Source: Eledone cirrhosa
Lineage: Eukaryota
Assembly: GCA_964016885.1 (NCBI GenBank)
Contig: OZ024742.1
Coordinates: 229,400,001-229,464,000 of the forward strand
Direction: 5' to 3'
Length of the DNA stretch: 64,000 bases
Part shown: in pieces, positions 29,101 to 43,014 of the stretch
How the letters are laid out: each line of letters begins with the position of its first letter
Numbering within the stretch: position 1 is the first letter of the stretch
Position numbers and translations under genes: made by a program
The notes under the pieces: model-generated
What the model saw: the letters and a program-made list of their open reading frames with translations, nothing else
The model's database searches: none
Told to the model about the DNA's origin: nothing

Positions 29101-30513
29101 CCGAATTAGTGTGGTAGAGACGAGTACACATAATCAGGAAAGTACCACCCGATAAAGGGGGATCTTGCATATGCAAACTATGTCTGAACGAGACCCTCGA
29201 GATAATAAGAGGTGGAAGCGGGCTGATAAACCTCAGAACCGACTTCTTCGGGAGATGCAGACACCCCCGGGCCGGGACCATCATCAATATATATGGACAG
29301 TAGCAACACAATAAGATGTGAACTCCCCTCAAGCTATAGGGACTTCTACAGAACATGTAGACACCTCGCGGCCAAACCTTTATAATTTGGCCAACATCTT
29401 TATAACACATACATATTTTAATTTACCTGATTTTTGATTTTTCAATTTTGATTTCTCATTATTCATTTGCTATTTGCTTTCTGTTTTCTTCACTTTATCC
29501 CCTTATATTTATATTTAAGTTGAGATTGGTTATAACACACACACATTTTATTTGATTATCCTATTTCGTTTTATTCTTTTACCATCTTGTTTCTGATCTT
29601 GAGATTGGTTGTAGCACACACACATTTTATCTTATTTTATTCGAATCTTCATTTTATTTTTCACTTTTCATTTTCATTTTTCATTTTCCTTATTCACTTT
29701 TCATTACTTTTTCATTACCTTTTCATTAATTTTTCATTTATTCTCTATCTATTATTTATTTTCTGTTTACTTCATTTTATTCCCTTCTATTTCTTCATAT
29801 ATCTGGCAGAACCCCACCCCCACCCCCACCTCCACCACCAGCAACACCACGGGAGATGGTGGCAGGAGGGGTGAAGACACACAGATAGAGATATTTCTAA
29901 ATTGTCAGCAGCAGCAAGACATAAGCTGACCACAACACCAACAACACTACCAAAATAAGGGTAGAGGTCTGATGTACTTAACAATAGCAAAGACAAACAC
30001 TACAGGGAGCCTCACCCCAGAAAGAATTTCTATAGACTTTGGACTGAGGAATGTTCTCTAAACTGACCAATGGGAAGTTTGACCTTACAAATCTTTATAA
30101 CATCGAGATGGGTATAACACACACACATTTTATTCGATTATTTTATTTTATTTTGTTCCTTTACCATCTTATTCCTTCTACCTCTTTATCACATTTTTTT
30201 TAGCTGACTCCAACAATAACACCACTACCAACACAAGAATAGAGGTCAGATGTACCTAACAATAACAAGAAAGACAACTACACATTGGCTTGCCTCAGAA
30301 CGAATTTCTATAGACTTTTGACTGAGGAATGTTCTAACAACTGACCAATGAGAGGAGAAGAGGGCTTTTGACGCTGAAATTCTTTTGTTTGATTTCATAT
30401 GATTCCAGTTCCTCAGTGAAATAACAACCCAACCAGGAACTGGGCATATCGGGGTATTGACAAAGTTATACACCTCAACAACATGTGTACTCGTCGCTAC
30501 CACACTAATTCGG

Positions 30514-30568
30514 ACTGCCTGAAGAGGTCACAGCCAAAGATGGCTGTCACCGAAATATATATAACAGT
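30514..30568 (+). ncRNA. Type I hammerhead (right arm)
   Basis: ACTGC-CTGAAGA-GGTcACAGCC aaagat GGCTGTcACC-GAAA TATATA TA-aCAGT. Confidence 0.75.
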
Positions 30569-30731
30569 AATAAACGAAGCCAAATTTTAAACATTTGACT
30601 TATTTATTTTATTTTATTTTACATTACTCCGGGGTAACCAAACCAACCTGCGCACATCGTCCAGTGCTCCAATCTGCATACTGATGTGTTGGTATACAAC
30701 CAACATATACTCAAAATTTATATATTATATA

Positions 30732-30789
<58 letters not shown>

Positions 30790-30812
30790 ATATTATATAT
30801 ATATATATATGT

Positions 30813-30845
<33 letters not shown>

Positions 30846-30847
30846 AA

Positions 30848-30931
<84 letters not shown>

Positions 30932-30933
30932 AA

Positions 30934-30971
<38 letters not shown>

Positions 30972-31053
30972 AATATATATTATATATATATATATATATA
31001 TAAATTTGCTGGAGTGATGTATATGTAGACATATATTTATATATATAACATAT

Positions 31054-31165
<112 letters not shown>

Positions 31166-31570
31166 ATATGTTATATATATAAATATATGTCTACATATAC
31201 ATCACTCCAGCAAATTTCAATAGAGGTGAAATCATTCACCACAATGTGCAACAATGTGCATTATAAACGCCATACAAAAATCGTTGTGATACGAGATGTG
31301 AAACCAGGGAAATTATAATGCAAAGAACAAGAAAATGTCCTCCCTGCAGCGTCATATTATTAAAGCCACTCTATTGTATGTCAACGACCACTAGCTTATT
31401 AGATGGGAACCGATTTATTAATACTACACAATTTTTAATGATGTATATTGTCACACACACACACACACACACACACAGAAACACATACACAAACACACAC
31501 ACATAGACACACACACATACACATATATATATACACACATATATATATATATATATATACACATACATAC

Positions 31571-31629
<59 letters not shown>

Positions 31630-31675
31630 CATATATATATTTATAAATATATATATATATATATATATATCTATC

Positions 31676-31853
31676 TAAGGCGGGTAAAATTCCCGAGATC
31701 CATGGAGGAGTTCTCTCCAGCGGTCTCTGTCCCTCATTATCGCTGCCATATCCTGCATCTCCAACAGACCAGTGCTGCTGTATGGGTCTGAGACTTGGAC
31801 ACTGACCAAGAGACTCACTCAGATGGTGGATGGGTGCTACACGAGAATGCTGA

Positions 31854-31856
<3 letters not shown>
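31676..31856 (-). mobile_element. 3' fragment of RTE-like LINE
   Basis: Homologous to 46761-46860, whose minus-strand translation is [23 protein letters not shown], typical of an RTE C-terminus. Confidence 0.55.
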
Positions 31857-31939
<83 letters not shown>

Positions 31940-32555
31940 GTGTGTATATATATACATATATGTGTGTGTGTGAGTGTGTGGGTGTGTATGTATGTATATG
32001 TGTGTGTGCATGGTGAGTTTTGTTTGTGTTGCTCGAAAATCAGACCAACTCTTACTTCTTCCAGTCATTCTTTCTATTCTCTTGTCCTTCATTCTTTTTG
32101 TTACCTTTTCTGTTATTGTTAATTTGTTTATTACTCACTTTTCTGTTTATTTCCGATAGTTCCTTCTTTCTCTTTTTTCTTCTATCTTTCTTTTCTCTCT
32201 TTCTTTTCTGTCTTTCTTTTCTCTCTTTCTTTCTTTTCTTTCTTATTTCCTTCACTTCCTTTTTTTTCCTTTTCCCTCAGCCTTATATTTATAATCTAAT
32301 CCCTTGTCTTTCGCTCTTAATTTTTGTGTATCAAATCTCTGATATAGGTATGGATATGTATATATATATATATATGTATAAAATATATATATATATATAT
32401 ATTTATGTATGTATGTGTGTATATGTCTTTAATTATATCTCTTTCTTATTACACACGCATATATCCGCATGCATTTACAACTATCATTGTATATATTTAT
32501 GCCTTCATCTATCGCTCTCTTTATATATATATATATACATACATATACACACACG

Positions 32556-32609
<54 letters not shown>

Positions 32610-32612
<3 letters not shown>

Positions 32613-32794
32613 TGAGATTCTACAGGACTAGAACGGTTTCATTCTTTAGAAATCATCAGGAATCTCTGATGATTTCTAAAGTATGAAACAGTTCTATTCC
32701 TCTAGAGTCTCATCTATATTAAAACTGTTATACTCTGCTATGTATTGAGTACCTTACTTACTGTGGTTACCTCCGATTCAACCCGGAATAACTT

Positions 32795-32797
<3 letters not shown>
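32610..32797. mobile_element. Mini inverted HHR element (arms 32610-32659 / 32666-32715, tail to 32797)
   Basis: Back-to-back CTGATGA..GAAA motifs. Minus HHR 32616-32664: GATTC-CTGATGA-tTTC taaa GAAt-GAAA..CTG-TA-GAATC. Same family as 59266-59381. Confidence 0.75.
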
Positions 32798-32836
<39 letters not shown>

Positions 32837-32839
32837 ATA

Positions 32840-32870
<31 letters not shown>

Positions 32871-32942
32871 ATATATATGTGTGTGTATGGATATATATAT
32901 ATGATGTATGTATGTATATGTATATATATATATGTATATGCG

Positions 32943-32983
<41 letters not shown>

Positions 32984-33002
32984 GTATATTTATATATGTA
33001 TG

Positions 33003-33034
<32 letters not shown>

Positions 33035-33201
33035 CGTGTGTGTATGTATATGTATATATATGTATGTGTATATATATACACATGCATACAACTGTAATTT
33101 TCCTCCTATTATTAATAATTTATTTCTCTCCCTTTCACCAATTATTCTCTCTCTCACTCTCTCTCTCTCTCTGTATCTGCTTGTCTGCCCGCTCCGCTCC
33201 C

Positions 33202-33278
<77 letters not shown>

Positions 33279-33310
33279 AGAGAGAGAGAGAGAGAGAGAT
33301 AGATAGATAG

Positions 33311-33449
33311 ATTTCTTTATTAGCCACAAGGGCGCAACAAGAAAGGGGACAATACAAAGACATGCCGGGGATTTTACATACAGTCGTGTAAAAAATATAA
33401 AAACAAACAATTTCAACAATCGAAATCCCCAATAGGGGGGAGGCGCCAC
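33311..33449 (-). mobile_element. Short 3'-end fragment of Tx1-like LINE in (GATA)n
   Basis: Begins TTTCTTTATTAGCCACA like the 3' end of the adjacent element; flanked by (GATA)n. Confidence 0.7.
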
Positions 33450-33494
<45 letters not shown>

Positions 33495-33496
33495 TA

Positions 33497-35686
33497 TTTC
33501 TTTATTAGCCACAGGGGCACAAAAGAAGGGGACAAATACAAAGGGGGAAGTTTACATACAATAAAAACGTGTAAAATGTTATCACAGATGGAATTTAAAA
33601 GTTAGTCGATTTTCCCCAATAGAGGGAGACAGTTTATATGGGTAACACAGACCCCCGAAAAAAATGTGCAACCCTCATCTCCAGGAGTACGAAGAGCTTG
33701 TACTCCTTTCCTCTCCTCCTCCTTTTCCTCAACCTACAGGCTGATATAGAGAGAAGGCCCATTCACTCGGGCCATTCTCGCCACTTTCACCCACCTTTCA
33801 TAAAACTTGCTGGGGTACAGCACCTCTCTCTCCATCCTGATTCTTCTTCCAAAGTGGTATTTGAAAAAAAGAATCAGTTGTTGGCCGGAGAGAAAGGTGT
33901 CTGACCTCAGCCCTTTCAACCTTGTCCACCATACAACCTCTTTCGCCATAGCTATCACACAAAGGAAAACCGCCTCTCCTTCGTTTTTGAAGGAGGGTGG
34001 CGGTTTGATCATGACAATGGACTCGGTGGTCAACTGGATTGGTCCCACCCGCGACAATAGTCGTTCCACATAGCCCCACAGGTCAGTGACGCCCGGGCAG
34101 TGTATGAATGCGTGCGCGACGGTTTCTTCGTCTCGCACGCACCTCGGACAGATCTTTTTTGCAGGGTCCCTGCCCGGGCGCCCATGTCTGTAGAGCTTGT
34201 CTCGAACTGGTAGAGCTCCTCGGTAGCACTGCCAGGCCAGGGACTTTTGGAAGTTGTCCATCGGTCCCGGGCGGAAGGTCCTACCGAACAGACTGGCCAG
34301 TTCATCTTCCTCCACGCCTAGAGTTTCACCGAGCGCGTCGTCGCACTTGCTGCGGACCAACCCTCTATAGAATGACGAAGTGGAGTCTCCACTGATCGCC
34401 GGGTCCGCCTGCCAGAGGGCTGTGAGCGCCTGAGCACATTCGATGTGCCAGTCGCCCATTTTCCTCGGTCTCTGCTTGACCCAGGACTGCAGCTCGGTCA
34501 GCGAGACGAGTCGTGGGAAGGCTCGCCTCACGAACGGGGCCCACACCGGTTGTCCGGTGAGGAATACGTAGAGATGCCGCAGCCTGAGCGCGTGTTTGCG
34601 CATCGTCAACCACGGCATCCCCAGCCCTCCGTTAGAAGGGTGTTGGCAGCAGATGGATCTTCTTACCAAAGGAGCCCGCCTCTTCCAAAGGAATCGGAAG
34701 AGGGCGCGCTCCATTTTGGCGAGCGTTTTGGCTGGACAAGGCACGACGGTCAAGCGGTAGTAGATGGCGGACGCTATAAAAGTGTTCGCCACCTCCGCTC
34801 GACCTTTCAAGGATAGTTTGCACTCGGCCCACTTCTGGGTGAGTGCAAACACCTTGGCCGTCACTTCGTTCCAGTTCTTCTCCACCTGGAGGTCCGGACC
34901 AAACCAGACCCCGAGCAGCTTTACCGGTCCTTCCGTCCAGCGTCCGACGACGCCATCGGAAGGCATCGGTCTGCCTCTCCACGATCCGAGTTGCAAACCG
35001 ATGGACTTGTCCCGGTTCAGCTTCGCTCCTGTGAGACTTTCGTATTCCTTTAGTAAGGTGCCGACTTCCTCGATTTGCGAGGCGCTCGACACCATTACTG
35101 TCACGTCGTCGGCGTAGGCCGACGCCGCTTTCCGCAGTCCCGGTTCCAGAGGGATGCCCTGCAATAGCTCCAGCTTCCGCAGTAGTGGCTCGAGAGTCAG
35201 TACGTACAGAAGGGAGGAGAGAGGGCATCCCTGTCGAATGGATCGCGTAATATGGAACGGCTCCGAGAGGTAACCGTTCACCTTGACCCTTGAGCAGATG
35301 TTGCTGTTGTGCATTGCAGCAATCCAGCCCCTGAACACGGGTCCGAAGCCTGCCGCCTCGAGCACCGCATCCAGGTAACGATGGTCAACCCTATCGAAAG
35401 CCTTAGACTGATCCAAGTTGATCAGGGCCCCACCGAAGCCGGGTTTACACCCTACCCTCTCTATGATGTATCGCATGAGGTGGAGGTTGTCGTGTATGGA
35501 CCTGGTCGGGATCGCGCATGTCTGCGCTTCTCCCACCAGGTTCTCGACGACAAGCGCCAGCCTCTTTGCCAACACCTTGGCCAAAATCTGTAACTCTGTG
35601 TTTAGCAGAGTTATGGGCCGGAAGTTGCCTATGTCATCCCCCTTATTCTCGTCCTTCCTGATTAGTGTGACCACGCCCCCGGTTAC
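33497..35686 (-). mobile_element. 5'-truncated Tx1/L1-clade LINE inserted in (GATA)n
   Basis: Open RT ORF, 3' UTR with AATAAA, (GATA)n on both sides. Confidence 0.92.
33734..35680 (-). CDS. Tx1-like ORF2: RT and C-terminal CCHC zinc finger (5'-truncated, uninterrupted)
   Basis: NFRPITLLN, LDQSKAFDRV, RSIRQGCPLS, AYADDVT, GGLGMP, CPRC..ETVAHAFIHC. Confidence 0.93.
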   Translation of the reverse strand, partial: GGVVTLIRKDENKGDDIGNFRPITLLNTELQILAKVLAKRLALVVENLVGEAQTCAIPTRSIHDNLHLMRYIIERVGCKPGFGGALINLDQSKAFDRVDHRYLDAVLEAAGFGPVFRGWIAAMHNSNICSRVKVNGYLSEPFHITRSIRQGCPLSSLLYVLTLEPLLRKLELLQGIPLEPGLRKAASAYADDVTVMVSSASQIEEVGTLLKEYESLTGAKLNRDKSIGLQLGSWRGRPMPSDGVVGRWTEGPVKLLGVWFGPDLQVEKNWNEVTAKVFALTQKWAECKLSLKGRAEVANTFIASAIYYRLTVVPCPAKTLAKMERALFRFLWKRRAPLVRRSICCQHPSNGGLGMPWLTMRKHALRLRHLYVFLTGQPVWAPFVRRAFPRLVSLTELQSWVKQRPRKMGDWHIECAQALTALWQADPAISGDSTSSFYRGLVRSKCDDALGETLGVEEDELASLFGRTFRPGPMDNFQKSLAWQCYRGALPVRDKLYRHGRPGRDPAKKICPRCVRDEETVAHAFIHCPGVTDLWGYVERLLSRVGPIQLTTESIVMIKPPPSFKNEGEAVFLCVIAMAKEVVWWTRLKGLRSDTFLSGQQLILFFKYHFGRRIRMEREVLYPSKFYERWVKVARMARVNGPSLYISL

Positions 35687-35741
<55 letters not shown>

Positions 35742-35929
35742 CAATAGGAAATTTAAAAGAAATCAATTTAAATGGGTCCTATATTTTCTCCGTACTCATC
35801 CCTGTATTCCATCCAATAATTCATATGAATAATTTTCACGTTTCCTTTGTAATTAACTTCCCAGTTAATTGCTTTCTGCTACAACAAGCTCAAGGAACAC
35901 ATCAACACCTCTTAATGCTATAAACGCAA

Positions 35930-38900
35930 GCGCCATCACCGCCATCACCACCATCAACGCCATCGCAGTCATCACCGCCTTCACCACCACCATCACCACC
36001 ATCACCACCATCACCACCATCACCACCATCACCACCATCACCGCCATCGCCACCATCACCGCCATCGCCACCATCTCAGTCATCACCGCCTTCACCACCA
36101 CCACCATCACCGCCATCACCGCAATCACCACCATCGCCACCATCACCACCATCACCGCCATCACCACCATCACCACCATCAACGCCTTCACCGCCATCAC
36201 CACCATCGCAGTCATCACCACCATCGCAGTCATCACCGCCTCCACCACCATCACCACCATCAACGCCATCGCCACCATCACCACCATCACCGCCATCACC
36301 ACCATCACCACCACCACCGCCTTCACCGCCACCACCACCATCAACGCCATCACCGCCATCACCGCCATCACCGCCATCACCGCCATCACCGCCATCGCCA
36401 CCATCACCACCATCACCGCCATCGCCACCATCACCGCCATCGCCACCATCACCGCCATCAACACCATCACCACCATCACCACCATCACCACCATCACCAC
36501 CATCACCGCCATCGCCACCATCACCACCATCACCACCATCACCGCCATCACCACCATCACCGCCATCGCCACCATCACCACCATCACCGCCATCGCCACC
36601 ATCACCACCATCACCGCCATCACCACCATCACCGCCATCGCCACCATCACCACCATCACCGCCATCGCCACCATCACCGCCATCGCCACCATCACCGCCA
36701 TCAACGCCATCACCGCCATCACCGCCATCACCGCCATCGCCACCATCAGCGCCATCACCACCATCACCGCCATCGCCACCATCACCACCATCACCGCCAT
36801 CGCCACCATCACCGCCATCGCCACCATCACCGCCATCAACGCCATCACCGCCATCACCGCCATCACCGCCATCGCCACCATCACCGCCATCACCGCCATC
36901 ACCGCCATCACCGCCATCGCCACCATCAGCGCCATCACCACCATCACCGCCACCACCGCCATCGCCATCATCACCACCATCACCACCATCACCAGCATCA
37001 CCACCATCACCACCATCACCACCATCAACGCCATCACCGCCATCACCGCCATCGCCACCATCACCACCATCACCGCCATCACCGCCATCAACGCCATCAC
37101 CGCCATCACCGCCATCACCGCCATCACCACCATCACCGCCATCGCCACCATCACCACCATCACCGCCATCACCGCCATCACCACCATCACCGCCATCGCC
37201 ACCATCACCGCCATCACCACCATCACCGCCATCGCCACCATCACCACCATCACCACCATCACCGCCATCGCCACCATCACCGCCATCAACGCCATTACCG
37301 CCATCGCCACCATCACCGCCATCAACGCCATTACCGCCATCATCGCCATCAACGCCATTACCGCCATCATCGCCATCACCACCATCACCGCCATCAACGC
37401 CATCGCCACCATCACCACCATCGCCACCATCACCACCATCACCACCATCACCGCCATCGCCACCATCACCGCCATCAACGCCATTACCGCCATCATCGCC
37501 ATCAACGCCATTACCGCCATCATCGCCATCACCACCATCACCGCCATAAACGCCATCGCCACCATCACCGCCATCAACGCCATTACCGCCATCATCGCCA
37601 TCACCACCATCACCGCCATCAACGCCATCACCGCCATCACCACCATCACCACCATCACCGCCATCAACACCATCACCACCATCACCACCATCACCACCAT
37701 CACCACCATCACCACCATCACCGCCATCGCCAGCATCACCGCCATCAACGCCATCACCGCCATCACCACCATCACCACCATCACCGCCATCAACACCATC
37801 ACCACCATCACCACCATCACCACCATCACCACCATCACCACCATCACCGCCATCGCCACCATCACCGCCATCAACGCCATTACCGCCATCACCGCCATCA
37901 CCACCATCACCGCCATCGCCACCATCACCGCCATCACCACCATCACCGCCTCCACCGCCATCGCCATCATCACCACCATCACCAGCATCAACGCCATCAC
38001 CGCCATCACCGCCATCGCCACCATCACCACCATCACCGCCATCACCGCCATCACCGCCATCACCGCCATCACCACCATCACCGCCATCGCCACCATCACC
38101 ACCATCACCGCCATCACCGCCATCACCACCATCACCGCCATCGCCACCATCACCGCCATCGCCACCATCACCACCATCACCACCATCACCGCCATCGCCA
38201 CCATCACCACCATCACCACCATCAACGCCATCACCGCCATCACCGCCATCACCGCCATCACCACCATCACCGCCATCGCCACCATCACCGCCATCGCCAC
38301 CATCACCACCATCACCACCATCACCGCCATCGCCACCATCACCGCCATCAACGCCATTACCGCCATCATCGCCATCACCACCATCACCGCCATCAACGCC
38401 ATCACCGCCATCACCACCATCACCGCCATCACCGCCATCACCACCATCACCGCCATCGCCACCATCACCGCCATCGCCACCATCACCACCATCACCACCA
38501 TCACCGCCATCGCCACCATCACCGCCATCAACGCCATTACCGCCATCATCGCCATCACCACCATCACCGCCATCACCGCCATCACCACCATCACCACCAT
38601 CACCGCCATCGCCACCATCACCGCCATCAACGCCATCACCGCCATCACCACCATCACCACCATCACCGCCATCACCACCATCACCACCATCACCACCATC
38701 ACCGCCATCGCCACCATCACCGCCATCAACGCCATCACCGCCATCACCGCCATCACCACCATCACCACCACCACCGCCATCACCAACATCACCACCACCA
38801 CCGCCATCACCAACATCACCACCATCAACGCCATTACCGCCATCATCGCCATCACCACCATCACCGCCATCAACGCCATCACCGCCATCACCACCATCAC

Positions 38901-39610
38901 CACCATCACCGCCATCAACACCATCACCACCATCACCACCATCACCACCATCACCACCATCACCACCATCACCGCCATCGCCACCATCACCGCCATCACC
39001 GCCACCACGGCCATCACCACCATCACCTCCATCACCGCCATCACCACCATCACCGCCATCGCCACCATCACCGCCATCAACGCCATCACCGCCATCACCG
39101 CCATCACCACCATCACCACCACCACCGCCATCACCAACATCACCACCACCACCGCCATCACCAACATCACCACCATCAACGCCATCACCGCCATCACCAC
39201 CATCTCCGCCATCACCGCCATCACCACCATCTCCACCATCACCGCCATCACCACCATCACCAACATCACCACCACCACCGCCATCACCAACATCACCACC
39301 ATCAACGCCATCACCGCCATCACCGCCATCACCACCATCTCCACCATCACCGCCATCACCACCATCACCGCCATCGCCACCATCACCACCATCACCACCA
39401 TCACCGCCATCGCCACCATCACCGCCATCAACGCCATTACCGCCATCATCGCCATCACCACCATCACCAACATCACCACCATCAACGCCATCACCGCCAT
39501 CACCGCCATCACCATCATCTCCACCATCACCACCATCACCACCATCACCACCATCACCGCCATCACCACCACCACCACCGCCACTACCACCTCCTCCATC
39601 GCCACCGCCG
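35930..39610. repeat. 3.7-kb 9-bp-period satellite (ACC/GCC ACC/GCC ATC)n
   Basis: Direct reading; triplet phase is kept throughout. Confidence 0.95.
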
Positions 39611-39786
39611 CAAGCGCCCAACCAATGCCACCACATCCACGAATACAATACATTACTACTAATACTCTTACTCACCCTCCCCATCCTCCTCCTGTCCTCA
39701 ACCCCTCCTCCACATCTCCTCCTCTCCCGCCCCTCTACTCCTCATGCTCCCTCCTGCCCGTCACCCCACCCTCCTCCTCATCCTCC

Positions 39787-40345
39787 TACTACTACTACTA
39801 CTACTACTACCACTAACACCACCACTACTACTACAACTACTACTACTACTACTACCACTACCACTACTACTGCTGCTGCTACTACTACTACCACTACCAC
39901 CACTACTGCTACTACTACTACTACTACCGCTGCTACTACTACTACCACTACCACCACTACTGCTACTACTACTACTACTACCGCTGCTACTACTACTACT
40001 ACCACTACCACCACTACTGCTACTACTACTACTACTACCGCTGCTACTACTACTACCACTACCACCACTACTGCTGCTGCTACTACTACTACCGCTGCTA
40101 CTACTACTACCACTACCACCACTACTGCTGCTGCTACTACTACTACCGCTGCTACTACTACTACCACTACCACCACTACTGCTGCTGCTACTACTACTAC
40201 CGCTGCTACTACTACTACCACTACCACCACTACTGCTGCTGCTACTACTACTACCGCTGCTACTACTACTACCACTACCACCACTACTGCTGCTGCTACT
40301 ACTACTACCGCTGCTACTACTACTACCACTACCACCACTGCTGCT
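39787..40345. repeat. CTA/CCA/CTG triplet satellite with 54-bp higher-order unit
   Basis: CCGCTG marker recurs every 54 bp (e.g. 40146, 40200, 40254). Confidence 0.9.
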
Positions 40346-40659
40346 GGTGCTGTTACTATCACCACAATCAGCTCCACTACCACAAGTATTAACATAATCA
40401 ACAATAAGCAACACTATTAGCCTCCACTATCATTTGCACGACTACTATTACCCTCCACAACGATTACCCTCCACAAATATTACCCACCACTACGATTGCT
40501 CTCCTACAACAACCATTACCCCCCCCCCCCCCACTATCATTACCATTACTCCCTTCTACCATCAGCCCGCTCCCCTACCCCCACAACCATTACCCACTAC
40601 CATTACCATTCTCTACGATAACCCTCCAGACACATTACTCACCACTACCATTACCACAA

Positions 40660-41830
40660 TCATTACCCCCTTCTACCATTACCCTGGTAACATTACTCCG
40701 TCTACCATTATCATTACCCCCTTCTACCATTACCCTGGTAACATTACTCCGTCTACCACTATCATTACCCCCTTCTACCATTACCCTGGTAACATTACTC
40801 CGTCTACCACTATCATTATCCCCTTCTACCATTAGCCTGCTAACATTACTCCCTCTACCACTATCACTACCCCGTCTACCATTACCCTGGTAACATTACT
40901 CCCTCTACCACTCTCATTATCCCCTTCTACCATTACCCTGGTAACATTACTCCGTCTACCATTATCATTACCCCCTTCTACCATTACCCTGGTAACATTA
41001 CTCTGTCTACCACTATCATTACCCCCTTCTACCATTACCCTGGTAACATTACTCCGTCTACCATTATCATTACCCCCTTCTACCATTACCCTGGTAACAT
41101 TACTCCGTCTACCACTATCATTATCCCCTTCTACCATTAGCCTGCTAACATTACTCCCTCTACCACTATCACTACCCCGTCTACCATTACCCTGGTAACA
41201 TTACTCCCTCTACCACTCTCATTATCCCCTTCTACCATTACCCTGGTAACATTACTCTGTCTACCACTATCATTACCCCCTTCTACCATTACCCTGGTAA
41301 CATTACTCCGTCTACCATTATCATTACCCCCTTCTACCATTACCCTGGTAACATTACTCCGTCTACCATTATCATTACCCCCTTCTACCATTACCCTGGT
41401 AACATTACTCCGTCTACCACTATCATTACCCCTCTACCATTAGCCTGCTACCATTACTCCCTTTACCATTATCATTACCCAACTAACATTACTCCCTCTA
41501 CCATTATCATTACCCCCTACTACCATTAGCCTGCTACCATTACTCCCTCTACCATTACCATTATCCCCTTCTACCATGAGCCTACTACCATTACTATCTC
41601 TACTATTACCATTATCCCCTTCTACAATTAGCCTGTTACCATTACTCCCTCTACCATTATCATTACCCCCTTCTACCATTAGCCTGCTACCATTACTCAC
41701 CACTACCATTACCATTATGCCCTTCTACCATTAGCCTGTTACCATTACTCACCACTACCATTACCACCCACTATCATTACCACAGTCATTATCCCCTTCC
41801 ACCATTAGCCTGTTACCATTACTCTCACTA
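40660..41830. repeat. 51-bp minisatellite with ~305-bp higher-order duplication, decaying rightwards
   Basis: ACCCTGGTAACATTACTCC at 40681, 40732, 40783 and onwards; variant TAGCCTGCTAAC units 305 bp apart. Confidence 0.9.
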
Positions 41831-41885
41831 CCATTACCCTGACTACTATTACCTCAACCACTAAACACAATTGATGACATTACTA

Positions 41886-42062
41886 TTGGCAGTATCGGTA
41901 GAGGGTCGGATGCCATGTTTTAACGCATAGAGTTATGGCCCTTGCCATTCTGAGTTCAAATCCCGCCGAGGTTAACTTCGCCTTTCATCGTTACGGGGTC
42001 GATAAAATAAAGTACCAGTAATACATTGTGTATTTGCTGGCCTTGTGCTAAAAGTGGAAATA
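41886..42062 (+). mobile_element. tRNA-derived SINE copy
   Basis: Homologous to 4904-5087. Confidence 0.85.
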
Positions 42063-42383
42063 ATTACTATGAGGACTATAATTTGTACAGCCTAACCAAC
42101 AACGTCCATTGAAATCACCACCATTTCTATCACCGATATAACTGCTGTAGGTTTGTAAAATGCGGTGCGGTAAATAAATATATACATATACACTAGCTCC
42201 GAACACAAACGAAGCAAACTGCCACTGTTACTGCCCCCGTCTCACTCACTCTACCATCTGTCACTATTATGAGAAAATGGGGGCTCACGCGCTCGTCGCC
42301 CTGCGGTCCCAGCGGACAGAATAGAGATGTTTCCCCGGAGGAACATCGTTAGCTACACTCATTCTACTATCACACCTGCACCA

Positions 42384-42439
<56 letters not shown>

Positions 42440-43014
42440 TAAGACTGATTCACCATCACATTTACCACCAATAAAATAACGAGCACAGCCTTCATCACAT
42501 TCAGTAAACACCACAACTATCAACCCCCGCCAAGAACACCACAAATAAATACAGTGCCAATAATACTGTACACTCTAGCATTGCTAGAATAAACCAATTC
42601 TTACCAGCAAAAACTGCAGCTACCTAAAAGACCACCACCAACATCAGCATCATCAGCAACAGTTACAATACTGACATAAAAAAAAACAATAGCAAACACA
42701 ATATCAACAACATCATCAACAAAACACTAAAATCACTAAGATTAACTCAATCTTAGCACTAAGCGAGATTCTCCATCAACTAAACCAGACTATTAACCAA
42801 ACCATCTATCAGTCTGTCTAGTCAGTGGTGTCAAAAGGATAGATTTAACAGCGAAGAAGTTCCCATTAATTATTCAAAATTAGATGAGTTCTACAAGAGA
42901 ATGGGTCGCAGGTGGCGGATAGCGATACAGTCACCGGATATAATGGTTACTTGCGTACTTGCATTCAGGAATTTGTCAGGGTTTCATCTCTCTACTGAAA
43001 CGGTTATCCTCTCA

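Larger units (their letters stand above)
28996..30718. mobile_element. Non-coding PLE-type inverted insertion (arms ~28996-29131 / ~30483-30620, tail to ~30718)
   Basis: ~135-bp inverted arms, each with an HHR. The interior has local duplications and no recognisable ORF. (TA)n flanks. Confidence 0.8.

Noticed and set aside
35869-39816. Plus-strand (Thr-Ala-Ile)n ORF as antifreeze-glycoprotein-like
   Set aside because: Variation is almost all non-synonymous in this frame, the start is TTG, and there is no signal peptide.
42146-42357. TGTAG...CTACA solo-LTR candidate
   Set aside because: No target-site duplication and no second copy in the window.
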